A stretch of 64,000 nucleotides of DNA from Phoronis australis. Lineage: Eukaryota > Animalia > Phoronida. The first letter of the stretch is position 1, and each line of letters starts with the position of its first letter. Of the stretch, positions 10,371-21,384 are shown piece by piece. The notes under the pieces were generated by a model. It searched no databases. It was not told the DNA's origin and saw nothing but the letters and a program-made list of their open reading frames with translations. The stretch is from the NCBI GenBank assembly GCA_002633005.1, contig NMRA01000224.1:590281-654280 (forward strand), read 5' to 3'. A program made the translations under genes and the position numbers.

Positions 10371-13300
10371 TTCTGCGTTCTGTTTCAAAATGAATTATTC
10401 TCACCCTAACCAATGCTTACCTGTATATAAAACTGAAACGAAATCTGTCTCATTAGATGCAATTTTTAATGCCTTGGACGGTTCGTGAGTGCCAATGTTT
10501 TGAGAAGCCAGCAATGAATAAATCACTGCGTTACCGGCTTTAGATGCAAGGAACTAATTGACCGGGCACCGAGGCCGTGTGAGCACATGCTAGTGACAGA
10601 AAGCTGTTGTAAAACAAGAACTCGATTTTATATCTTATGATCAGATGTTGGGGGAATCCCTGTTTAGATATTCATATACATTATTCGAATCATTGTTACT
10701 GAACAACTTTTGCCTCGACGGTTCGTTGGAAGGGTAATCTGACTTCGCGGCCCCCGACGAGCTAGTAAGTAGATATGCAGTTTTGCTGCTAATTCACCAA
10801 AATAATCACGTGCACATTTTTTCTTTGGCACACTAGCTTAGTCTTTTCGTGACTGGAAAGTTAGTTTCCAACTTTGGTTGGTTTGTGTTCGTGATGTCTT
10901 CAGTCTGGCCGCGATGGGCATGATCAGGTTATTCCGAGCAACTGGCCGGGAAAACAAGCGTTTTGTGTGTTTAGAACTGAAAAAATCGCAAGTCTAAAAT
11001 TACAACACATAGCTATGTTCTCCTGTCTGTATTTCACGGACAAATAATTTGAATTTATCACCGAACAGACCCCAAACTCCCGCGACCGACTATGGTAAAT
11101 TGGCCTACTGAACTTTGTAGGCTGCGGTACTTTCAACTATCTAAAAATCCATAATGGCGAAAAAATAACACTTTTGTTCAATAACTCGATATATTTGTAA
11201 GGTTTTTACACTTGATGATTTATTGGTGTAAAACGATGAATTCAAACGATTAACTGACACCAGTAAGCGTGTTGTGAACTACTGAACAGACTGCATTCAA
11301 ACCTCTGATGTCATTGGTTAATTTCAACCCCTCCGTCTGCCGCCAGGTGTCAGGTAAAAGAGCTGTGCTTGGCGTTATCGAGTGGAACTACTCGATCTTG
11401 TTTTTGGGTGACATTCTCTCTTAACACCCAAAGTTGTTTTTATGAATAACTCGTGGCAAGGGATAGGTTTTCAAAATTTGGCCAAACCATTCCCGGTATG
11501 CACCCAGCGCCACAGGTGGGTGCTTATAAAGAATGGCCAGTGTAATTGTCGGGCTTTGTTGACTAATTTTGCCGAGAAATCGCTGGTTGCATGGAATCGT
11601 TCTTCAAGAGTCAGCGCTTTATGAACAATTATAACAAAATGAAAATGAAGAAGTGAAATTAATCTTGATTTGATGACTAAAATTCTCGATCTACTCAGTT
11701 GAGCAGGCAGTCGGAAAATCTCAGTGCAAACTCTCGCGGCTAGTCTCGTGGTCGCAAGCTCTAATCATATATAGGTCACTTGTGAGACTTGGCATTATAC
11801 TGTCAATTCCCTGATTGTAGTCATCACTATTACGAGGGATTACGTAACATGGCTTCATTCGCCCAGTTCATTTGACTAAAAAATAAAAAAAGGCTCAAGG
11901 CTTTTTTCTCATAAAAATGGCTTTATAATAACTTAAGATTATGTTTTCGTTGGCAAACTTAAGTAGTAGGCGATGACAATATGCACCATCTTAGAATCGC
12001 AAGTTTATCGTTGGCCAACTCTAGTAAATTCTCAATCGATTTCTTGAGTCGTTGATGCCAATAAAAATGATTGATTCGTGTTTTATTTTTTATCAAGCCA
12101 GGAGAAATGCAAACTTCAACAAAACGAATTGGAAATCGACTATTCCAATTGTTTGGAAAATACATGTATACGTAAGCTCCGATACACGCTTATTGAATAA
12201 AGTATTCGTGGCTTTCGGATGGCGCAACATCAGATTAAATTCATGCATTCGACATACGTGTGTAAACATAAGGGTCCTCATCACACGACTTCAAACAAAA
12301 CAATACCCAAGTCCAGGCATGCGCTGTGATGCCTCCACACTTATGCGTGCCGATCGTCGTCTTCTCACTTACGTATACATGTAGTTGAAGCTTTGGCAAG
12401 GCTACCTAATTTGGAAACTGAATTGATTGACTACCGTGTTTGCAGTATACTTTTGCGTTATTAATAAGGATGTAAAGAATCCACTAGAAGACCGCTTGTT
12501 TTTTATTTTCTTATTGTTCTGAAAAAGGCAACTGCTCGGGGTCTAATAACTTCTTATCGACTCTAACCATCCTATAAGCAGTATTACATGTATACGTAAG
12601 CACGGGAATAGCATATAATATAAGGTTAGTCTCGAACAAATACGGAGACAGATATCAGCGCTAGAGTCAGGTGCACAACGCTTTCGTTTGGTTCTTTATT
12701 GGTAAATCAAGGATCATGTCAACAGGTGTGTGTATCACCTGAACATATATACACACGTTTGCAACACAAAAGCGACTACAATCCCGTGTTTCGTTCAAAA
12801 AGTGAACTCTTGAGTTTGACCACTTACACTACTTTATATATTTATATTTATCATTGTAATATTTACAACTAGGGTAGCCTCATCAGTTGTCACTGCTTTC
12901 CATGGGGGGCCACTAACCGCTGTAAAATTTATATTGAATTGTTCTTTCCACAGAGAAATAGTTTATTTCTGGGCTTGAAAATGGCTGATTCCATCGGGTC
13001 AACAGACTGACATTTGATTCGTCGGTAAGACGGAAGTCGTCATCGAGAACCAATCGTCTTAGTTGACTGACCTACAATCAACTGACTCGAGCAAAACTCT
13101 TTGTTTTGGTTCCCAGTATAACCAAAAAATTATATCTCTTTAGGTTGTGCATAAAGAAACAACATCTAATTGGCATGACAATGGCGCACTGAATTGAATG
13201 AACATTTGTGTCAGAGATAATTTTTCAATCTTGAACTACGCTTTCAAAGCAGATCATAGAGGGAGCATGGTATGGTCAAAATTTTTACCAAATGGCCTCG

Positions 13301-14600
13301 GTTTCGAGATATACCAATTCCTAATGCTAATAGACTCTGAGTTCGAGACAAGGATAAGGTTTGCGCCAGTGCTGCGTATTCATTGCGAAATGAGACCAAC
13401 ACCGTACACCACGGTACGCGGAGGGTACAGCTCACAGAGCTGGTTTCATTACCGGGCGTTCGTAAACGGGGAAAATCTCGTTCCTAATGAGGAAAATTTG
13501 GCATGATCGCACGAGGCATAACTTGAGTGCAATCTAAGAGGAATTCTTCACTTTGGTTCTGTGTAGTCAGGCGCCTGGTTGAATCGCGAAACATTTGTAA
13601 ATTCATCTGATTGCTGAGTGGGTGAACGCAAATATTCGTATGCGTTTTGGTTTCAGATGTCAGCCTGGAAATATCAGTATGTGGATTTTATGCTTGTAGG
13701 ATCATCGACTAAGCTAGGGTATATGGCTCGATACACAACACGGTCGGCCTTGCATTGCGGTCACAGGGCCCCACCACATTTTGTTTGGAAAACTTGCGAC
13801 TACCCCTATGCTAATCAGAGGGTTTTATAGACAGAAAGTTTATTTGCTCGAAAAATTCGCCTCATAGCAATACATGTATATGTGCGCTTCTTAAAAGCAG
13901 TGGGACTTGCTTTTTTTCTGGGAAACACTCCATTTCACGCTCTTGATGTAAACTTGTGTAGGCGAGCAGGTGTTCACGATGACGCTTCTATGCCTTTATT
14001 AACAAGTTTCGTTTCGTCCGTCCAGCTTGGTTTTAGATTAAAGGTATTCTGTAGAATTCTCCAAAATCCACTCGAGCTCTACATGTAGATTACGGGGGAT
14101 AACGCCTTCGCCATGTTATGATCTATATATACATGTACTTGTATCTGAGTTTATGGGGATATATCTGTAGTTTAAAGAGTTTGCTAGTTGAATTGTATAA
14201 CTCCTTTCATAAAAAAACACACCTGATGGTCAACCGGCACTGACACACCGGCGCATATGAGAGTCTGCCAGTTGCTTATCGATTGCTTTATTGCCATGTA
14301 GTTTTCACTGACTATTTATTTCGCAAACATTCTTTAAAAAAGCGGATGAAGAAGCGTGGAATGTGTTTTGATAATTTCGTGTTCTTTAGTACGGAGCCAG
14401 TGAACCTTATTGATGAAACAATGTTTCGTATGGTTACAGTTCGTGCAAGTTGTGTAAAGGTCACGCAAGCATTGGTGTTCTAGAGACGTGCCTCGTTTTA
14501 CAAATTCGCCGACTACTGTACTTAGTGTACTTTTGTACCATTACACATGGGTGGCACAGCACTGAAAAAAGCGGGGGCTATAGCCCCCCGCCCCCCCCCC

Positions 14601-15438
14601 NNNNNNNNNNNNNNNNNNNNNNNNNNNNNNNNNNNNNNNNNNNNNNNNNNNNNNNNNNNNNNNNNNNNNNNNNNNNNNNNNNNNNNNNNNNNNNNNNNNN
14701 NNNNNNNNNNNNNNNNNNNNNNNNNNNNNNNNNNNNNNNNNNNNNNNNNNNNNNNNNNNNNNNNNNNNNNNNNNNNNNNNNNNNNNNNNNNNNNNNNNNN
14801 NNNNNNNNNNNNNNNNNNNNNNNNNNNNNNNNNNNNNNNNNNNNNNNNNNNNNNNNNNNNNNNNNNNNNNNNNNNNNNNNNNNNNNNNNNNNNNNNNNNN
14901 NNNNNNNNNNNNNNNNNNNNNNNNNNNNNNNNNNNNNNNNNNNNNNNNNNNNNNNNNNNNNNNNNNNNNNNNNNNNNNNNNNNNNNNNNNNNNNNNNNNN
15001 NNNNNNNNNNNNNNNNNNNNNNNNNNNNNNNNNNNNNNNNNNNNNNNNNNNNNNNNNNNNNNNNNNNNNNNNNNNNNNNNNNNNNNNNNNNNNNNNNNNN
15101 NNNNNNNNNNNNNNNNNNNNNNNNNNNNNNNNNNNNNNNNNNNNNNNNNNNNNNNNNNNNNNNNNNNNNNNNNNNNNNNNNNNNNNNNNNNNNNNNNNNN
15201 NNNNNNNNNNNNNNNNNNNNNNNNNNNNNNNNNNNNNNNNNNNNNNNNNNNNNNNNNNNNNNNNNNNNNNNNNNNNNNNNNNNNNNNNNNNNNNNNNNNN
15301 NNNNNNNNNNNNNNNNNNNNNNNNNNNNNNNNNNNNNNNNNNNNNNNNNNNNNNNNNNNNNNNNNNNNNNNNNNNNNNNNNNNNNNNNNNNNNNNNNNNN
15401 NNNNNNNNNNNNNNNNNNNNNNNNNNNNNNNNNNNNNN
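14601..15438. other. Assembly gap (838 N)
   Basis: Run of N; begins inside a poly-C tract of a MITE copy. Confidence 1.
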
Positions 15439-18384
15439 TTGTCTTCTGACCTGCAGTGTTCCGACATTGCAAATGATTGTCAAGCGGCCAACCGTCTTCC
15501 ACCCATTGCATCATTTGGCGGGAAACTTAGAAATAAGTAATTTTTCTTCAAAATTAAAAAAGTTGCCACTATTTGGCATAAAAAGTGCCTATTTAGCAAG
15601 ATTTTATGGTATTCGATTCATATTAGCTAACTGAAACCTGAAAAAGTAAGAAAATGAATGGTGGGAACTCTTTAACGTGATCATGTTCAGCCTATGTTCT
15701 GCACCAACAACTCATCTAACACGTGCTTAGCTCTGTTCTTTCCCGTTGCGGTTTACTAAGTTGAATGCAATAATTGTTTTACCTTCTCCCGGCACTGCAT
15801 GTATTGCGTATAGTTGCACCCTAGAATGACAGTTTAATGCTCTCGCCTCAGCGTAGTCATTCGAAGTCAGCGTTTGTATTTCAGTTTTACATTGTTTTTT
15901 GTCGTTTGTTTGGGTAATGGCAATTTCATCGCGATTGTTCCGTCAAGTCAATAGCTTGTCGGTACATAAAGGTCGGGTGTAAAATAGAGCAAAGCATTTG
16001 CAATCGTTGAGTTCAATGAAGCATAACGTGGATCACGAGTGTTTTACAAAGTAATAGGACTATTTTATGTGTTTGTAGTGATATTTGAAGTGCGTCCGAA
16101 GGCATTGACAGTGTCCTTTTTACTGTAAACTGTCTGATCAGTACAGCTGTAGTTACCGGATGTGATTTAGTGCCGTTTGGCTCATGATACAGCCCGTTCA
16201 TAGACAACTTAAATGTCATGGTTGGTGTTATTTAAAAATTCTTTATCGCATTGCTGACATTTTTTTTACCTTTGCTTATCTATCAAAAACTGCTATTTAC
16301 ATTTCCACGTGCTAAAACTGGAACTCAGTTTAACTATACGGTAAAGTGTCGATCCGTTCAAAACAGTTCACAGCAATTAAAATTGATGTGAACTGTTTTT
16401 TTTTTCATATCATTGGTGCTGTCTTAGATATCGCTGTGTTTCGTCCCCTCTGTCCACCCATTGCAAATAAACTGCGTATAAAGGCCCAAGGGTCTATGAA
16501 TGAAACTGCACCAATATCCAGAATTAGTCGTATCATGCAAGCAAGCGGGAAACACTTGAGTAAGACCAAGTACCACGATTTTGAAATAGCACAGAGTGAG
16601 CAAAGTTGCAAAGCGCTCCATACACGACACTGGTGTGTTGTAATCTTGTACAACCAACTCTAAGTAGGGGTTTTATCTGGCATATGCCGATCAAACGGGC
16701 AATCACTGCATTCGTCCTCACACGCTGCCCTGGATGTGCCGCCACTAGTACTGGCGCGTACTGCAGTCAGAAGGCCTTGACACCATCTGTTAAAATCACA
16801 TCGATGGAGCTGCTGATTGAAATGGATCCACATAACACAGCTCAGTTTGTTGTACTTTTAGAAGTAATGTAATGATATCCGTTTATCGCAGATGCAACCA
16901 CGAGAGGAGTAAAGCCGAAGTGCGGACAGAATGACTTCTCTGAAGACAAAGTTGGAGACAATACGTGGAGATGGAGCATATGATGACATAAGACACAACT
17001 CAAATAACAGGTGTGTTAGCTGGCTTCCATAGTACCATGGCTCCGAAAGTAATTCCTGTCTGTCTGATGTCGACGTTAGGCAGATGATTTTATAAGCTCT
17101 TTGTATTTCTATTTTTGTCTCGATTAACTTTAAACTCTCACACTGGCTGCAAAGTGCGTAATCAAGTACAAGTTGTGCATGTGTTCTGATAGTCCTGCCT
17201 TGAAACCGTAAGTCAGCGTGTTCGCGTATATTTATCAAATGTAATAACTTGTGTCCAGTACACTCACTAAGGTGCGTCGATTAACTCCTTTTGAAAGAGC
17301 GGGAATCCCCAAACATTGCCCAACAGGCTGCTTGGCTTCATGAATTTGCAAGGATTTGAATGCATCTTTCGATCCTTCGATTTCCGATGTAATTGCGAGA
17401 AAGGACTAATTGAAAAATAAATCACGATTTTCCACCATTCAGAATATGATGTAACGAGTTCAGCGTAGTAGAAGTCCTGTGCATTGAAACCACGTGGTCT
17501 TGGGTAATTGTAGTGCGAGAAGTTAACCTCAGATTTCTGATTTAGCACTCATTAGCGTCTATGGTTATCTGGTGAAACGTCACGACTTCGTCATCATGGA
17601 GCATTGCAACCAGTGCTTTGGGATGCTCTTGGTAAAATTGGTTTCTTGTCATAAAATGAGATAACACTAGACAACGAGAATCAAGCTTGCCACCTGTTTC
17701 GAAGAAGTTTTGGAAACGGTATAGTCCCTTTCCGAAATAAGCGTACTTTTATTTAATTAGGTATGGATGAAAACGTAAAACCTCATTTTGCGTAACATAT
17801 GTACCAAATGGATGTGTCAGGAGTTTCACATTCATGTATGTTCATCTCGTTCAACTTCTTATCGCGTTTTTACTACGAACGCGAGCCCCATGAATTGTTA
17901 TGAGTTGGAAAAATCAGATTTGTGAGGCCGGTATTCGTGGTGAACGAAGCGTTTAATACACATTTACATGTACGACAGAGTCACGGGTATTCGAGGATTC
18001 GGTTCCAAAGAAATAAATATTGGGAAGAATTGACTTAAGCCTTAAAGTGAGGAATCGATTACCAATACTGCATAAGGGTTAACTATTAATAGACATCAAC
18101 TATTAACATGCAGTATGCATATAGAAATCAGCAATGATTTAAAATGATTTTTAACATTTTGTTATTTTCAGTCACGCGTAATCATAATTAAAATTCCCGC
18201 GACCTCTATCGGACGCCGTTTGTCAGCGGCTAATCCGCGTGAACACAATTTTCCCTCCATGGCAGTTGAGCCAGTATTGGTTTGGTGAGACTTGTACATG
18301 ATTCGTCGCTGTTATGATTTCGTAACTTACTTTTACTTGCCTCGTGTATTCATGTGATTTGTGAAAGATTTGTCTTAGGTTTAA

Positions 18385-19264
18385 AGGCGAAGGCAACCTT
18401 TTTTCATGTCATTTTTAGCAAAAATAAGGTTCGTTGATTATCCCAGACATACTTTTCATTTAATTATAGCTTTTTGTAATTTCAACAATTACTCGTCCTT
18501 TATTCCGGAAGTGACGTTTTGGGAGGCAAGCATTTCGCGCCATTTTTTCATATAGTCTTACTATGAAAGCTGATTATTGTTCTACTTCTGTTGTGATAAG
18601 TTTGGTCGTCGTTTGCTTTTGTTTACGAGTCAGTCAACATGCCACACTGTTGCTGCGTAACGAGATGTAGTCATTATCGTCTAACGGACAGAGGAACAAT
18701 TGTTCCACTTGTCCGAATGTCCCGCAACACACTCCCACTGGATGGTGACCTGAGCACACAAACTGCTTGCCGTGTGACTCCCTCGCCACACACCTAGCAC
18801 CTTCTAAATAGCTCCAGTATTTTAGACAAATCCTCAATAATTTGGCTCGCCGATCTATTCATTGGACAACAAACTGTCCTCGTCACTGGGTGTCGAACGG
18901 GGCCTGTATTTACTCCTTCTACTCAACATCGCAGCAGGGTTGCTTACAGGCTCTGTGCGATAATGAGAACATCCCGGTACGCAGCAACAGTGTTGCATGT
19001 TGACTGACTCGTAAGCAAAAGCAAACGACGACCGAACTTGTCACAGCCGAGGTATAACAATAACTGACTCGACAGCTCTCACAGTCACACTTATATGAAA
19101 AGAAATTGGGGCGAAAATTTTGCGTCCCAAAACGTCACTTCCGGAGTAAAGGACGGATAATTAATTAAATTTCGAAAAGCTGTAATTCAGTGAAAAATAT
19201 GTCTGGGATAATCAACAAACCTTATTTTTGCTAAAAATGACAGGAAATAAGGTTGCCTTTCCCT
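18385..19264. mobile_element. TTAA-specific MITE (Kolobok-type) with about 300-bp TIRs
   Basis: TTAA at 18381-18384 and 19265-19268; termini aggcgaaggcaacc/ggttgcctttccct (AG..CT); arms about 18385-18679 and 18958-19264. Confidence 0.88.
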
Positions 19265-19445
19265 TTAATGTCCTGTTCAAGACGACAGAGCAGAAATTAC
19301 GGTGAGGACTCAGAATAAATAAACACAATGCCTAAGAATTGATTACGAATACTAAACAGGATAATGAATTGTGAATTGATGGATAATCGACTGCAATTAT
19401 CCCATTCACTAAATATTAAGAGATTTTCTTTCTGAAGTCACAATA

Positions 19446-21384
19446 TCGCCGGTCCTCTTAAATCGGACTGACTCACCCAAAACAGGACTCCGGGGAGCAA
19501 ATAGGACCACCGCACCAGAAAATGGGACTGACGCACCTCAAAACATGACCGGCCCACCACAAAACATTACTGCCCGGGATTGAAACCTCAGTGACAAGCA
19601 AGCTAAGAGTTATTACCGGCTGGCCTACACAGATTACAATGGAGCTACGTATTTACGTATGCATATGCAGGTCTTGTGCCGATTAATTTCCAGAGACGAA
19701 ATCGTTTGTGGGCTACAGGACACTTCGCCTTGTAACAGCGGCCCTTTAGAGTTTTAACCCCAAACCAACCACGTTGCATGCTTTTGAGCTTAATAATAAT
19801 AACTTTAACCACTTCTTAAGTTTTAGAACAAAATGAAAATCGTTTTCTCCAATTTGACGTTTTAGTCAAGAAAAAAAGGGCGTTCTGGTTCTCGGGTGAA
19901 GCATCATCATAACTAGCCTCTGTGCGCCAAGCTGTATACTAAATATACAGCTTGGCGCCGATGTGGGTAAAACACTGAACATGTAAATTCTTCACCGAAT
20001 TGGTGTTAATAACGACACTCTTCCTTGAGTAAACTAAATTATTTATCGGCACTCGCCGGGAAAAAATTTCGTTCTGTCGTTATTCTGCTGCTAAAAGTGA
20101 GATGCGTTCTTTTAGGGCGGCTAGTTCTTTTTTCACCGATTCTTCAGTGAGCTCCTCTTCTCTTCTACGAGGCTGCGTACATGGCACAACAAAAATTGGA
20201 ACTGGTTTTATTTCGTCATAAGTTTTTAGTATTTAAATACCAATAAACCGAATTTCGAAACAAATCTTGTTGTTGCGAAATTGAGTCATCATCTTCCGAA
20301 AGATGTCGCAAAATTTTAGGAAATGGCGCTTGCTCGTGTCACGAGCGCGACCGAGTTTTCTGTTACAATAGGCAAACAAATGACGTTCATCAGATTGTTT
20401 TTCACTCAAGCGACTGCAACCTGCAAGGTAAGTGTTGATTGACACCATAGATGTACTATAGTCTATGTTGACACCTAGATCATGACGGCGACATCCTGTT
20501 GGCTACAACTTGTTCGATTCTATAGCCCCAACAACAAGTTGGGAAATTTACCCCCGTAGCCAATGTCTTACACGCCTGATTAACTCCATTCTGGCATTCA
20601 TGGTTGGAGGGCCTGCGCTCTTTTGTTCGATAATTGCTCTAATCTCCGATCAGATCGTATCTAGCCTGACTGGGCAGTGCTGATAAAAATAAAAGTTAAG
20701 TTATAACATATTTGAGCTTAAACCAATAACATTTCTGAATTCCTCCTCAAATGCTGATCATGTTCCGTTTTTGAATCACCGAAATCGCCCAACTTCAACA
20801 GAAGTTAAGACAATCTATTCTGTCCAAACGGATTACCAACGCACTGGGTTTGACTGTGTTCATACGCGTTCGGTAATAGCGTGCAACCACCATACGTTTC
20901 CTTTGAAGCCTGGGAGATAATTGGCCTGCTTGTTATCATACGGGACAAAAGACTGAGCTGGGCAGTTAACAAAAGAGTCAGATGTTATCGCACGTTCAGC
21001 ACCCCTCACGTCTGGAAAAAATACTGAACTACAGAACGCTGTATTGTTTTGCATGCGCCTGCTCCGGTCGCTAGCTCTACATTTTGATATAAGTTTCACG
21101 ACGAGGTGACGAGCAGAACTATATCCGGGCTGTGCTACCAAGCTTTATTTTGGCGATAGGCTTTACACAGCTAGCTGACCGTTACGTCATAACCCGCAGT
21201 ATCATTCAAAGGCATTGATAACTACATATTGTCCGGCGGTCATGTTCAGTCCCCGGCGGCCCTGTTTTGTGGTGGGGCAGTCATGTTTTTTTGGTGCGTC
21301 AGTCCCATTTTCTGGTGTGGTGGTCCCATTTGATCCCCGGAGGTCCTGTTTTGGGGGAGTCGGTCCGTTTTGGAGGACCGGCAG
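19446..21384. mobile_element. Element bounded by about 140-bp inverted repeats made of short subrepeats
   Basis: 19446-19590 is the reverse complement of about 21240-21384 (e.g. caccagaaaatgggactgacgcacc); no convincing TSD. Confidence 0.65.
20446..20467. mobile_element. 22-bp CATAGA..TCTATG relic with perfect 7-bp TSD
   Basis: ttgacac|catagatgtactatagtctatg|ttgacac. Confidence 0.7.

Larger units (their letters stand above)
9488..11420 (+). mobile_element. Kolobok DNA transposon, internally deleted copy 1
   Basis: TTAA at 9484-9487 and 11421-11424; 15-bp imperfect TIR atgagaattccaccc/gggtgacattctctc; THAP remnant on + and convergent KolX-like remnant on -; empty site at 56558-56561. Confidence 0.85.
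7059..11797 (+). mobile_element. CATAG-terminated non-autonomous element (P-like), copy 1, with nested insertions
   Basis: Colinear homology with 53946-56966 across 7059-8460, 9410-9487 and 11421-11797; right end eroded. Confidence 0.75.

Noticed and set aside
14450-15634. 300-394 aa ORFs in the track
   Set aside because: Artefacts of translating the N gap.
16013-17548. Cluster of overlapping 70-126 aa ORFs
   Set aside because: No recognisable domain or splice structure; possibly an old TE coding remnant, but unsupported without a search.
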